Source: Candidatus Aminicenantes bacterium (GTDB lineage Bacteria; Acidobacteriota; Aminicenantia; Aminicenantales; UBA4085). From it: DNA of 64,000 bases. The position numbers were made by a program, and so were the translations under genes. A model generated the notes under the pieces. That model was given only the letters and a program-made list of their open reading frames with translations, did not search any database and had not been told where the DNA came from. Each line of letters begins with the position of its first letter. Position 1 is the first letter of the stretch. Location: NCBI GenBank assembly GCA_963848835.1, contig CAWKFB010000017.1, positions 89,647 to 153,646 on the forward strand. The letters run 5' to 3'. Below are positions 40,086 through 48,561 of the stretch, one piece after another.

Positions 40086-41195
40086 ATGGACATCTACCGA
40101 CGCTTGGCCGCGCATCTCGACGATCTCCCGGCCGGCTTTCCGCGGACCCAGAGCGGCGTCGAGCTCAGGATCCTGCGCCGGCTCTTCACCGAGGACGAAG
40201 CGGCGATGGCCGTCTTGCTGAGCGTCCTGCCCGAAGGACCCGACTCCGTCGCCGTCCGGGCCGGCCTTCCGATCGGCGAAACGGCGCGGCGGCTCGAAGC
40301 GATGTCGCGCAAGGGACTGATCTACCGGATGCCGGACGAGGGCGGCGGCTTCCGCTACATGGCCAATCAGTACGTCATCGGCATCTGGGAATATCAGGTC
40401 GCCCGGCTCAGCCCGGAGCTCATCCGGGACATGGACGAGTACATGGACACCTTGCTGCTGGAAGGCCCATGGAAAAAAACGCCCCAGCTTCGGGTCGTCC
40501 CCGTCATGCAGGCGCTTCCGACGCGCCTTGAGATCCTCGCCCACGAGAGGGCGGCGGACCTCGTCCGCGAGCGCGACCGCTTCCTCATCGCCCCCTGCAT
40601 CTGCCGCCGCGAGCGAAAGATCGCCGGCCAGGGGTGCGACAAGCTCGAGGACGCCTGTCTGATCATGGGCGGCGGCGTCGACTACTACGAGCAGAACGGC
40701 ATGGGTCGGATCATCGGCCTCGAGGAGGCCCTTGCCCTCTTGAAGCGGGCCGAGAACGAAGGGCTCGTCCTCCAGCCGAGCAACGCCCGGAAGATCTCCA
40801 ACATCTGCATGTGCTGCGGCTGCTGCTGCGGCGTCCTGCGGACGATCAAGAAGCATCCGCTCCCGGCCGATTTCGTCTCTTCGCCCTTCCGCGCCGTCCT
40901 CGACCGGGAAAAATGCGAAGACTGCGGCTTCTGCCTGACCCGCTGCCCGATGGACGCTCTCGGCCGGGACGCGGAGGGGGTGATGGCGGTCGATCCCGGC
41001 CGCTGCATCGGCTGCGGATTGTGCGTTCCGACCTGCGGCGGGGGAAGCCTCGGCCTCGTCCGGAAACCGGACGGGGAACAGCGGGACGTCCCCGCGACCT
41101 TCACCCGGACCTACATCGAGATGGCCCGCCGCCGCGGCAAGCTGAAGCCGGTCAAGCTCGCCCAGGCCTGGGTCCGGACGAAGATCAAGGCCTAG
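40086..41195 (+). CDS. Cys-rich Fe-S protein with an N-terminal winged-helix-like region and a C-terminal 2x[4Fe-4S] ferredoxin domain
   Basis: This is ORF 40035..41195 trimmed to ATG 40086 (MDIYRRLAAHLDDLPAGFP). It contains CICRRERKIAGQGC, CMCCGCCCG, CEDCGFCLTRCP and CIGCGLCVPTCG. Confidence 0.7.
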   Translation: MDIYRRLAAHLDDLPAGFPRTQSGVELRILRRLFTEDEAAMAVLLSVLPEGPDSVAVRAGLPIGETARRLEAMSRKGLIYRMPDEGGGFRYMANQYVIGIWEYQVARLSPELIRDMDEYMDTLLLEGPWKKTPQLRVVPVMQALPTRLEILAHERAADLVRERDRFLIAPCICRRERKIAGQGCDKLEDACLIMGGGVDYYEQNGMGRIIGLEEALALLKRAENEGLVLQPSNARKISNICMCCGCCCGVLRTIKKHPLPADFVSSPFRAVLDREKCEDCGFCLTRCPMDALGRDAEGVMAVDPGRCIGCGLCVPTCGGGSLGLVRKPDGEQRDVPATFTRTYIEMARRRGKLKPVKLAQAWVRTKIKA

Positions 41196-41210
41196 CGCGG
41201 ACTCGGCTCC

Positions 41211-42566
41211 CTATTTCAGGAAGACCTCCAGCACCGGGATCTCGACCGGCGGCTTCCGGACGGGAAGCGTCAGCGACAGGTCCGCCGCCCCCTCCCCTCT
41301 CCCGGCGCTCATCCGGACCTCCGACGCGTCGTGGAGGAACTGGACGTATTTCACCTTGCCGGCCATGCCGGTGAGGGTGAGCCTGTCGAGCGGATAGGCG
41401 AGCAGATGGACGTAAAGCCGGTTCGTCGCCGGATTCCAGGTCAGCAGCGTATTCGGCGGAGCGACGAATCCCGCGGGGGCTTCGGTGCATCCGTAGACCG
41501 ACCGGCCGTTCAGCCGCGTCCAATCCCCCATTGCCTTCAGGCTGGCCTGAGCCCGGTCATCGAAGGTCCCGCGGGCTGTCGGCCCGACGTTGAGCAGGAG
41601 ATTCCCGCCCTTGCCGACCGATTCGACGAGGAGCTCGAGGAGCTGGGCCGGGCTCTTCCACGTGGCTTCATCGCGGTAATAGCCCCAGGATCCTGAGAAG
41701 GTCTGGCACGTCTCCCAGGGGACCTTCCTGCCGTTCCGCTCGGGCCACCGGGCCACCTTGACCTGCTCGGGGGTCGTGAAGTCCCATCCGCCTTCCACAT
41801 CGGTGAGGTCGAGCCGGTCGTCGACGATGATCCCCGGCTGAAGCGACCGGGCGAGCTTGAGGAGGTTCTCGGAATCCCAATCCGCCCGGCCTTTCCCGTT
41901 CTTTCCGGGAAACGAGAAATCGAACCAGATGATGCTGATCTCCCCGTAGTTCGTGAGCAGCTCCCGGACCTGGTTCTTCATATATTCGCGGTACTTGGCC
42001 ATGTCCTTTCCCGCGTTCAGCTTCTCGTATGCGGCGTCGCTCTCGACGCGCAGCGGATGGTTCCGGTCGATCGTATAATCGGGATGATGCCAGTCGATGA
42101 GCGAATAGTAGAAGCCGACTTTGAGCCCCTCGGCGCGGAACGCTTCGACGTATTCCTTGATCAGGTCCTTCCCGACGGGCGTGTTCGTCGCCTTGTAGTC
42201 GGTGTATTTTGAATCCCAGAGGCAGAAACCCTCGTGGTGCTTGGCGGTCAGGACGGCGTACTTCATCCCGGCGGCCTTGGCCATCCGGGCCCATTCTTTC
42301 GGGTTGTAGAGATCGGGATTGAAGAGCTCGAAATACTTCTGGTACTGCTCGTTCGTCATCCGCTCCCGGTTCTTGACCCATTCGTGCCGCGCGGGCAGGG
42401 CATAAAGCCCCCAATGGATGAACATCCCGAACCGCGCTTCGGTCCACCATTTCATCCGCTGGGCTTTCTGGATCTCGGTCTCTTTCGGGAGCTGGCCGGC
42501 CGCGGTCCCGGCGACCATCGTCCCGACGAGCGCCAGGACCAGGAGCCGCAGGACTTTCGATTTCAT
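41211..42566 (-). CDS. Alpha-L-fucosidase, GH29, secreted
   Basis: 451-aa ORF with a signal peptide. GH29 blocks are RFGMFIHWGLYA, AKHHEGFCLWDS and GFYYSLIDW. Confidence 0.9.
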   Translation of the reverse strand: MKSKVLRLLVLALVGTMVAGTAAGQLPKETEIQKAQRMKWWTEARFGMFIHWGLYALPARHEWVKNRERMTNEQYQKYFELFNPDLYNPKEWARMAKAAGMKYAVLTAKHHEGFCLWDSKYTDYKATNTPVGKDLIKEYVEAFRAEGLKVGFYYSLIDWHHPDYTIDRNHPLRVESDAAYEKLNAGKDMAKYREYMKNQVRELLTNYGEISIIWFDFSFPGKNGKGRADWDSENLLKLARSLQPGIIVDDRLDLTDVEGGWDFTTPEQVKVARWPERNGRKVPWETCQTFSGSWGYYRDEATWKSPAQLLELLVESVGKGGNLLLNVGPTARGTFDDRAQASLKAMGDWTRLNGRSVYGCTEAPAGFVAPPNTLLTWNPATNRLYVHLLAYPLDRLTLTGMAGKVKYVQFLHDASEVRMSAGRGEGAADLSLTLPVRKPPVEIPVLEVFLK

Positions 42567-42607
42567 GGATCCCTCCTCGTTTTCGTTCTTATTTTAGGGC
42601 CCTGCGG

Positions 42608-44335
42608 TCAAACGCCGTCGCCGGTGTATTTCGTGAGCAGCTTCAGGCGGAGCTCGCGGTAGAGCTTGACGAGCTTCTCCATCCGGGAGACCGTGAGGCC
42701 GGTCAGGTATTTCACTGCCGCGCCGCGGTCCTTCTCCAGGAGCCCGACGGCTTGGGCGTCGATCCCGGACTGCTCGGCGAAAAAGGCGTTTTCGACCGGA
42801 TCGCGCGCGTCGCGTAAATCTTTGACGGCGGCCTGCCAGCGCAGGAGCATGAGCTTCTCGACGAAGTCAACCGCCCAGCGGGCCGAGTCCTCGCTGTAGG
42901 CGAAATAATCGTAGGTCTTGTAGAGCGGCGAGACATCGGCGACGCCCGCATAGACGGGGACGTACGGGCTGACGAATGGATTGTCGACGTAGAACCAGTA
43001 GATGCCCCCGACCGCGTCGGGCAGCCAGGCGCGGAGCTGGGCGACCATGCCGTAACCCTCGGTGGCGATCGTCCGGTGATGGCGGATCCTCAGCACCCGC
43101 TCGAGGTCGGGCGGGATGAACGAGGAAGCCACGGGGCTCTTGGCCATCTTCCCCACGCCGGCCGGGACCATCCAGGCCGGGTCCCAGGTCATGTCATAGA
43201 TCGTGTCCTCGAAGGTCGAGCGCTGGAAGGCGATGACGTCCTGGACCGAAACCTTCTTTTCCGGCCTGAAAGAGAAGGGGTAGAACGCCGCTCCCTCGAT
43301 CTCCTGAGCGTAAAGCGTGCCCGGCCCGGCGGCGTCCTTCAGAGACCGTTTCGGCCATCTCTTCAGCGACGGAGCGAGCGTGCTCGAGACGAGCCACATC
43401 CGGCTGAGATTGCCTTCCCGGATCGGGGGAGCATAGGCCTCCTGCCAGAGGAACGGCCGGCCGCTCTTCGGATCGTACCAGCCCCGTTCGACGGCGGCCG
43501 TCATGTAGTTGGGCGAGACGAGCACATCCGGGTCCCGGGGATCAAGCTCGCGGATCCGGAAATAGTTGGCGATGACGACGACATGATCGTCGGGGACGCG
43601 CCGGGCCGCCCAGATCGCTCCCGGCTTGCCGCTCGCGGGCGTCCACTCGGGGCCGACGCTGCAGATTTCCATGACCCAGAGCTCGCGGGGATCGGCGATG
43701 CAGAGCGCTTCGGATCCACCGCAGGAGGGCAGGAAGCCGTATTTTTCGACGAGTCCGCCGATGAGCTTGACCGCTTCGCGCGCGGCGGTGCAGCGCTCGA
43801 GGGCGAAGACCTGGGCCTGCTCGACGGTCATGATCTGGCGGGTCAGGCCTTCGACGTAAGGGACGTCGAGCTCGGCCCGCTGCGAGCAGGTGCTTTCGCC
43901 GATGGCCAGCTGCTTCTCGTTCATCTGGGAGTAGCCGGTATGGAAATATCCGAACGTCCTCTCGACCTGAGGGATTTGGCCGATCACTTTGCCGAAATCA
44001 CCGAGCGGAAGCGGCCGGCGGTCGTCCGAGGAGCCGAAGTACGCCATCCCCCAATGAACCGGGGCTGACGCGCCTTTCGGAAAGCTCCGACCGGGGATGA
44101 CCTGGATGCGGCACTCGGAGCAGCCATCGGTATGGGACGTGAGGACCGAGCCGTCGACGGTCGCTCCGCGGCCGGCGCCGATGACCGTGCAGCCCTCGGG
44201 ATCGGACGCCGCGAACGTCGCGGTTCCGATCGCGGAGGCGACGGCGCGCGCCGGCGAAGCCGCAGGAGCGGCGGCGAGGGCAAAAACGAGTAAAATCCAG
44301 AATCCGCCTCGGAGGATCTTTGCAGTGACGGTCAT
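42608..44335 (-). CDS. C69-family dipeptidase, secreted
   Basis: 575-aa ORF. A signal peptide is followed by GCTVIGAGRGATVDGSVLTSHTDG, which matches the N-terminal Cys nucleophile pattern of peptidase C69. Confidence 0.75.
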   Translation of the reverse strand: MTVTAKILRGGFWILLVFALAAAPAASPARAVASAIGTATFAASDPEGCTVIGAGRGATVDGSVLTSHTDGCSECRIQVIPGRSFPKGASAPVHWGMAYFGSSDDRRPLPLGDFGKVIGQIPQVERTFGYFHTGYSQMNEKQLAIGESTCSQRAELDVPYVEGLTRQIMTVEQAQVFALERCTAAREAVKLIGGLVEKYGFLPSCGGSEALCIADPRELWVMEICSVGPEWTPASGKPGAIWAARRVPDDHVVVIANYFRIRELDPRDPDVLVSPNYMTAAVERGWYDPKSGRPFLWQEAYAPPIREGNLSRMWLVSSTLAPSLKRWPKRSLKDAAGPGTLYAQEIEGAAFYPFSFRPEKKVSVQDVIAFQRSTFEDTIYDMTWDPAWMVPAGVGKMAKSPVASSFIPPDLERVLRIRHHRTIATEGYGMVAQLRAWLPDAVGGIYWFYVDNPFVSPYVPVYAGVADVSPLYKTYDYFAYSEDSARWAVDFVEKLMLLRWQAAVKDLRDARDPVENAFFAEQSGIDAQAVGLLEKDRGAAVKYLTGLTVSRMEKLVKLYRELRLKLLTKYTGDGV

Positions 44336-44366
44336 TTCATCCTCAAGAAAGATGGGCCTGACGGGC

Positions 44367-44792
44367 TCAGCGCCAGAGCGCGAGGATGACGGCCGCGCCC
44401 GTCTGATAAACGATCTGGTATCCCGAAACGATGAGCCAAAGTCCGAAGGGCTTGTGCTCGAAAAGATGAGTCGTGGCGAAGGCCATGGCGGATATGCCGA
44501 CCCCGGTCCACAAACCTAGCCTGAGACCTCCCCAGACGCTGGTCAGGTTGAGGCTCCAGGCGAGCACATCCAAGACGAGGGCCGTGACGAGCGCGGCCGC
44601 GAAGGTCAGCAGATAGGTCCGGGCCATGCGCGACGCCGGGACGGTCTTGACCTTCTCGTCAGTCCAACCCGTGTATCCGGCCCATATCTTGCCGAACAGG
44701 GGGCCGTACCAGATGAAGCCGATGACGAGCGAGACCGCCCCGCAGACGAGGATAGCCGGGATGTTCAAACGGTAAATCGTTCCCTGGAGCAT
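44367..44792 (-). CDS. DUF1761-like small membrane protein
   Basis: 141-aa ORF with 4 TM segments. The block FIWYGPLFGKIW is typical of DUF1761; this is from recall and is unverified. Confidence 0.6.
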   Translation of the reverse strand: MLQGTIYRLNIPAILVCGAVSLVIGFIWYGPLFGKIWAGYTGWTDEKVKTVPASRMARTYLLTFAAALVTALVLDVLAWSLNLTSVWGGLRLGLWTGVGISAMAFATTHLFEHKPFGLWLIVSGYQIVYQTGAAVILALWR

Positions 44793-44999
44793 GATGTCCT
44801 CCTTTTTGACGCCGCTTCATCTGGGAAAAACCGGCTACCGGTGATGATCGGCGTCGCTGCGGACAAGAATAAGTGCCGTCCCGGGCGATGTCAAGAACGG
44901 AGAGCGGGTGAAAACGGGGATCCTCTCCTGATCGAGGAGTCCTTCATCGGGGCGGATCGAGGGAGGCTCCACAATCCGGATCCGGCTCCATTTCCTCTA

Positions 45000-45008
45000 T
45001 GATATAAT
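45000..45008 (+). promoter_or_regulatory. Perfect extended -10 element (TGnTATAAT) in an AT-rich gap
   Basis: The sequence tgaTATAAT lies at 45000-45008, about 135 nt upstream of ATG 45142. I see no convincing -35 element. Confidence 0.3.
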
Positions 45009-45141
45009 ATTTTATTGAGGATGAAATCCAAAATTGCGTTCGATCCATGATCGTTAGAGGGGTCCTTCGCATCATCCTAAGCTCGGCGAACTGCCGGGTC
45101 GCCCGGAGCATCACGGAACGATTTCGAGGAAAACAACGACA

Positions 45142-46170
45142 ATGAGCAAGAATATCGTGTTGGGAGGCCTGTTTTCGGTTTTCTTTTTTCTGGCCGTTGC
45201 GCCGCTCGGTCAAGCGGCCGAGACCGAAACGAGATACCCGCGGCTGAGCCTGAAGCTCACGGGGGGATTCGGGATCCCGGCCGGCGGAGACCTGGAGACG
45301 CTCCGGAAGGATACGCAGGCGCTATTCCTTTCCCTGGCCGGGACGGACCATTTCAAGGCCGCGTTCGATTGGAAACGGCTTCCGGCCGCTCCCGAGGTCG
45401 GCGCCGAGTTGATCCTGAGCCTCGGCCCGCACGTCGGCCTGGGTCTCGGCTCCGGATATCTCTTCGGCTCGAGAAGCCAGGGGGCCTTTTCCTACACCTA
45501 CAGCATCGCCCAGTTTCTCCAGGGCTCAGGGTATTCGCAGGACGATCACGCCTCCTATGTTCAGGATTTCAAGTTCCGGGCCGTCCCCGTCCGGGCGGAC
45601 ATCTATCTCTTCAACGATTTCGGGAGGTTCACGGTCTACGCGTACGGCGGCGCCGAGCTGTGCTTCGCTTCGCTCGACCATATCTATTCGATGACGGCCG
45701 CGCTGCAGGACAAAGGGCTTTCCACATACGCGCCGCACACGGAGCACGACGTCGACCTGATCTCGACGGTCCGAGAGACGGCCAGAAGCCAGGCGCTCGG
45801 CGGCCGGGCCGGGCTCGGCCTCGAGGTCAAGCTGGCCGGACCTCTCTCTCTCGGCGTCGAAGTCACGGGTCGGATCCTCCGGCTCAACACTTGGACCGGC
45901 GAGGGAACGATCGACGGCCAAACCCGCGTCCGGGATTGGATGGACGGCCTGGGCTGGTACAACGACAAGACATCTTCGGAATCCTTCGTCTCGTCGGGAA
46001 AGTGGCTCTACGCATTCGATTTCGATCCGTCTTTGCGCTACCTGTATACCTTTGAGAATTTGCTGGTCGAGAGCCCAAAACCCCCGTCCTCGACCTATTT
46101 CAAGTCCCGCGACGCGACGATCGACCTCGGCGGCGTCGGAGCGCAGATCAGCGTTCATATCCGGCTTTGA
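45142..46170 (+). CDS. Secreted hypothetical protein, possibly an outer-membrane beta-barrel
   Basis: 342-aa ORF with a signal peptide (LGGLFSVFFFLAVAPLGQAAE). Alternating Gly/aromatic-rich strands (e.g. GLGLGSGYLFG, GRAGLGLEVKLAG) suggest a barrel. I recognise no family. Confidence 0.5.
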   Translation: MSKNIVLGGLFSVFFFLAVAPLGQAAETETRYPRLSLKLTGGFGIPAGGDLETLRKDTQALFLSLAGTDHFKAAFDWKRLPAAPEVGAELILSLGPHVGLGLGSGYLFGSRSQGAFSYTYSIAQFLQGSGYSQDDHASYVQDFKFRAVPVRADIYLFNDFGRFTVYAYGGAELCFASLDHIYSMTAALQDKGLSTYAPHTEHDVDLISTVRETARSQALGGRAGLGLEVKLAGPLSLGVEVTGRILRLNTWTGEGTIDGQTRVRDWMDGLGWYNDKTSSESFVSSGKWLYAFDFDPSLRYLYTFENLLVESPKPPSSTYFKSRDATIDLGGVGAQISVHIRL

Positions 46171-46445
46171 AAGCCCGAGGATTCGTCCGCCCGGCCGGCA
46201 GGCGCCGTGGTAACATATCCTCCGTTGTGACTCATCCTTTTCCATTGATTTCAATCACCTAGAGAATTTCCCGTTTCATCCCTCCGGCCGAAGCGAATCC
46301 GCCCCGGACTTCCCGTATCGTGGCGGTGCGCGGCGGCGATCCCAATCGTCCGCCGGCAAACGTCTCATATGCTGGTACATGGTCATGACGGTCGGGATCA
46401 TTTCGGACCTGACCCTCGACGCGAAGTACCTCTGGAGGTTCTGAC

Positions 46446-47300
46446 ATGACGACCATCAAGGCTTTTGTCCGCCGGCGGCCGCTCTCGACCTACGGCCTTC
46501 TCACTTTCGCCCTCTCCTGGGGCGGTTTCCTCCTCGCCCTGGGGCCCGGCGGCTTCCCGGGGACCAAGGAAAAAATGGAGACCTTGTTCGCCGGAGCGTG
46601 CATTGCGATGCTCGTCGGCCCGAGCGTCTCGGGCGTCCTCCTGACCGCGGCCGTGAGCGGAAAAGCAGGCCTGCGAGAGTTCCGGTCCCGTCTGTTCAAG
46701 GGGCGGGTCGGCGCCCGCTGGTATGCCGCGGCGCTCTTGACCGCTCCTCTCCTGCTGGCGGCCATCCTCCTCGCCCTTTCGCTTCATTCCCCCGTATTCC
46801 GCCCCGGCATCTTGACAGCCGCGGACAAGCCGGCTCATCTGATGTTCGGTCTCATCGTAGGGCTCGCGGCCGGCGTCTTCGAAGAGCTGGGCTGGACGGG
46901 GTTCGTCCTCCCACGGCTGAGGCGGCGCTTTGGCGTCTTGACCGCCGGGCTGGTCTTGGGCATCCTATGGGCGGTGTGGCACGAGCTCGCGGCCTACTGG
47001 GCCAGCGGGACCTCCTCGGGACCGCTCTCCCTGGCCGCTTACCTGCTCGATCCGTTCCTGCTTCTGGTGGGCTTCAGGATGCTCATGGTGTGGGTTTACG
47101 ACCGGACGGGGAGCCTGTTCGTGGCGATGCTCATGCACGTGAGCCTCACGGCCAGCGTCCGGATCTTCAGCCCGCTCGCGATGACGGCCGCGAATCTCCT
47201 GACGCTCGACCTCAGTTGGGCTGCAGCCATGTGGATAATCGTCGCCGCCCTCGCCGCGGCCGGGAGACGGCGGCTCGCACCGCAACCGCTCGAGAAATGA
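46446..47300 (+). CDS. CPBP-family intramembrane glutamic endopeptidase (CAAX protease-like)
   Basis: 284-aa polytopic ORF with GGAGG upstream. The motifs are FEELGWTGF (EExxxR-like) and ILWAVWH. Confidence 0.8.
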   Translation: MTTIKAFVRRRPLSTYGLLTFALSWGGFLLALGPGGFPGTKEKMETLFAGACIAMLVGPSVSGVLLTAAVSGKAGLREFRSRLFKGRVGARWYAAALLTAPLLLAAILLALSLHSPVFRPGILTAADKPAHLMFGLIVGLAAGVFEELGWTGFVLPRLRRRFGVLTAGLVLGILWAVWHELAAYWASGTSSGPLSLAAYLLDPFLLLVGFRMLMVWVYDRTGSLFVAMLMHVSLTASVRIFSPLAMTAANLLTLDLSWAAAMWIIVAALAAAGRRRLAPQPLEK

Positions 47301-47418
47301 CCAAGGAGACTTTTCATGTGCCGGGAGGCCTTCGGAAACGGTGGCCCGGCCCCGGTTTGACATCCTCGGCTTCGGCGGTTAGGCTTTATCCCAGCTCAGA
47401 CGAGGAGTCCCTGCAGCG

Positions 47419-48552
47419 ATGCCGCGATTCAGCGTGCCGGTGAAAACGCCGAAACCCGACATCGGCCGTTTCCTCGCCGCCATGAGGGGGGATGTCGTGC
47501 CGGAGAAGGTCCCCCTCGTGGAATACCTGATCGACAATGCCGTCATGCGGCCTATCCTGGAAGAACTGATGGGCCGCCGCTGGGTGGACACCTCCGCCAA
47601 GACCGAATACATGGGCAGGCAAATGGACATGTCGGCGGAGAGCTTGGCCACCGTCAATGCCTGGCTTGATAACCAGATCGCCTTCTGGTACCACATGGGC
47701 TACGACTTCATCCGGGCGGAGATCAGCCTGCCTCTCCCCGCCGTTTCGCATATCGCGCCCGACACGGCCCGCGGGAACGAGGCGGCTAACCGCGCCTGGC
47801 AAGGCCTCCAACCGGGCTTGATCCAGAACTGGGAGGACCTCGAGAAGTACCCCTGGCCGATGGTCGGCGACAACGATTTCTATATCCACCGCTACATCGG
47901 CGAGCATCTGCCGGACGGTTTGGGCTTCCTCACCTGCCATGCGGGAGGCGTCTTCGAGCATGTCTCCCGGCTCATGGGCTTCGAGGGGCTTTGCCTCAAC
48001 CTCGTCGACGACCCGGCCCTCGTGAAGGCGGTCGCGGACAAGCTGGGCGGGATCATCGCCGAATACAACCGGCGCCTTCTCGAGATCCCGGGGATCGCCG
48101 TCATCTTCCAGGGCGAGGACTTCGGCTACAACACCCAGACGCTGATCTCCCCGGCCGACGTCCGCCGCTATTTCCTGCCCTGGCACAAGCGGTACGCGGA
48201 GGCGTGCCACGGGCGCGGGATCCCTTATTACATGCACTCCTGCGGCTGCGTGGATCCGATCATGGACGACCTGATCGAGACGGTCCGCGTGGACGGAAAG
48301 CACTCTTTTCAGGACAACGTGCTCCCCGTCTGGGAGGCGAAGAGAAGATACGGCGGCAGGATCTGCATTCTCGGCGGGGTCGACGTCCACAAGCTGGCCA
48401 CCCTGGACGAGAAGGGCCTGCGGGGGTATGTCCGGAAAATCATCGATTCCTGCGCGCCCGGAGGGCGGTTCGCCCTTGGAGCGGGCAACTCGATCCCGAG
48501 CTACATCCCGGTCGAGAATTATCTCATTATGCTCGACGAGGCCCGCCGCTAA
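47419..48552 (+). CDS. Uroporphyrinogen-decarboxylase (URO-D) family protein, MtaA/CmuA-like
   Basis: 377-aa ORF. The overall URO-D-like TIM-barrel pattern includes IFQGEDFGYNTQTLISP, YYMHSCGC and RFALGAGNSIP. Substrate unknown. Confidence 0.7.
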   Translation: MPRFSVPVKTPKPDIGRFLAAMRGDVVPEKVPLVEYLIDNAVMRPILEELMGRRWVDTSAKTEYMGRQMDMSAESLATVNAWLDNQIAFWYHMGYDFIRAEISLPLPAVSHIAPDTARGNEAANRAWQGLQPGLIQNWEDLEKYPWPMVGDNDFYIHRYIGEHLPDGLGFLTCHAGGVFEHVSRLMGFEGLCLNLVDDPALVKAVADKLGGIIAEYNRRLLEIPGIAVIFQGEDFGYNTQTLISPADVRRYFLPWHKRYAEACHGRGIPYYMHSCGCVDPIMDDLIETVRVDGKHSFQDNVLPVWEAKRRYGGRICILGGVDVHKLATLDEKGLRGYVRKIIDSCAPGGRFALGAGNSIPSYIPVENYLIMLDEARR

Positions 48553-48561
48553 TCGGGCTTC

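Noticed and set aside
46259-46459. A 66-aa minus-strand ORF in the 275-nt gap before the CPBP protease gene, as a possible small protein. A 19-codon plus-strand ORF at 46385-46444 was considered too.
   Set aside because: Neither has a ribosome-binding site or a recognisable motif. The minus ORF overlaps the CPBP start. There is too little evidence to call either one.
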